64,000 nucleotides of DNA. It comes from Antedon mediterranea (Eukaryota > Animalia > Echinodermata). This document shows, in pieces, positions 63,849 through 64,000 of this stretch (position 1 is the stretch's first letter; each line of letters opens with the position of its first letter). The position numbers and the translations under genes are program-made. The DNA lies in NCBI RefSeq assembly GCF_964355755.1, contig NC_092673.1, positions 14,294,948 to 14,358,947 on the forward strand, given 5' to 3'. The notes beneath the pieces were generated by a model that had not been told where the DNA came from, made no database searches, and worked only from the letters and a program-made list of their open reading frames with translations.

Positions 63849-64000
63849 CAGGTTGACACCCAAATAAGATCTTCAAGAAATGAGCCCTATTATACTCTTA
63901 TTTTACCAATTTTAAAATGGCCACTAAAATCCCCCAGGGGAAGGGGATTCCTGTAAATTTTGTCGTCCTCATTCCCGAACATCAGTTGGACAACATATTA

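Overview
AT-rich eukaryotic (metazoan) genomic DNA with GT-AG introns, probably from a marine invertebrate; an echinoderm is only a guess. I found no intact host gene, no rRNA or tRNA gene and no CRISPR array. The window is a dense, nested patchwork of decayed transposable elements (TEs). DNA transposons: CMC/EnSpm (two families, one present three times), Kolobok-type, hAT, P, MULE, Merlin, Sola1, PIF/Harbinger, piggyBac and pogo. Retroelements: DIRS, BEL/Pao, Penelope-like and CR1/L2 LINEs. There are also cargo-like pseudogene pieces: two protein-kinase fragments and USP-like, Ulp1-like, RING and Tudor-like fragments. Several insertions can be delimited exactly by terminal inverted repeats (TIRs) and target-site duplications (TSDs). 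The most striking property is orientation: about 30 coding remnants read on the + strand and only about 3 on the - strand. This is the architecture expected of a flamenco-like unistrand piRNA cluster transcribed on the - strand (inference). All family calls come from motifs translated by eye, not from database searches, and boundaries without a TSD are approximate.
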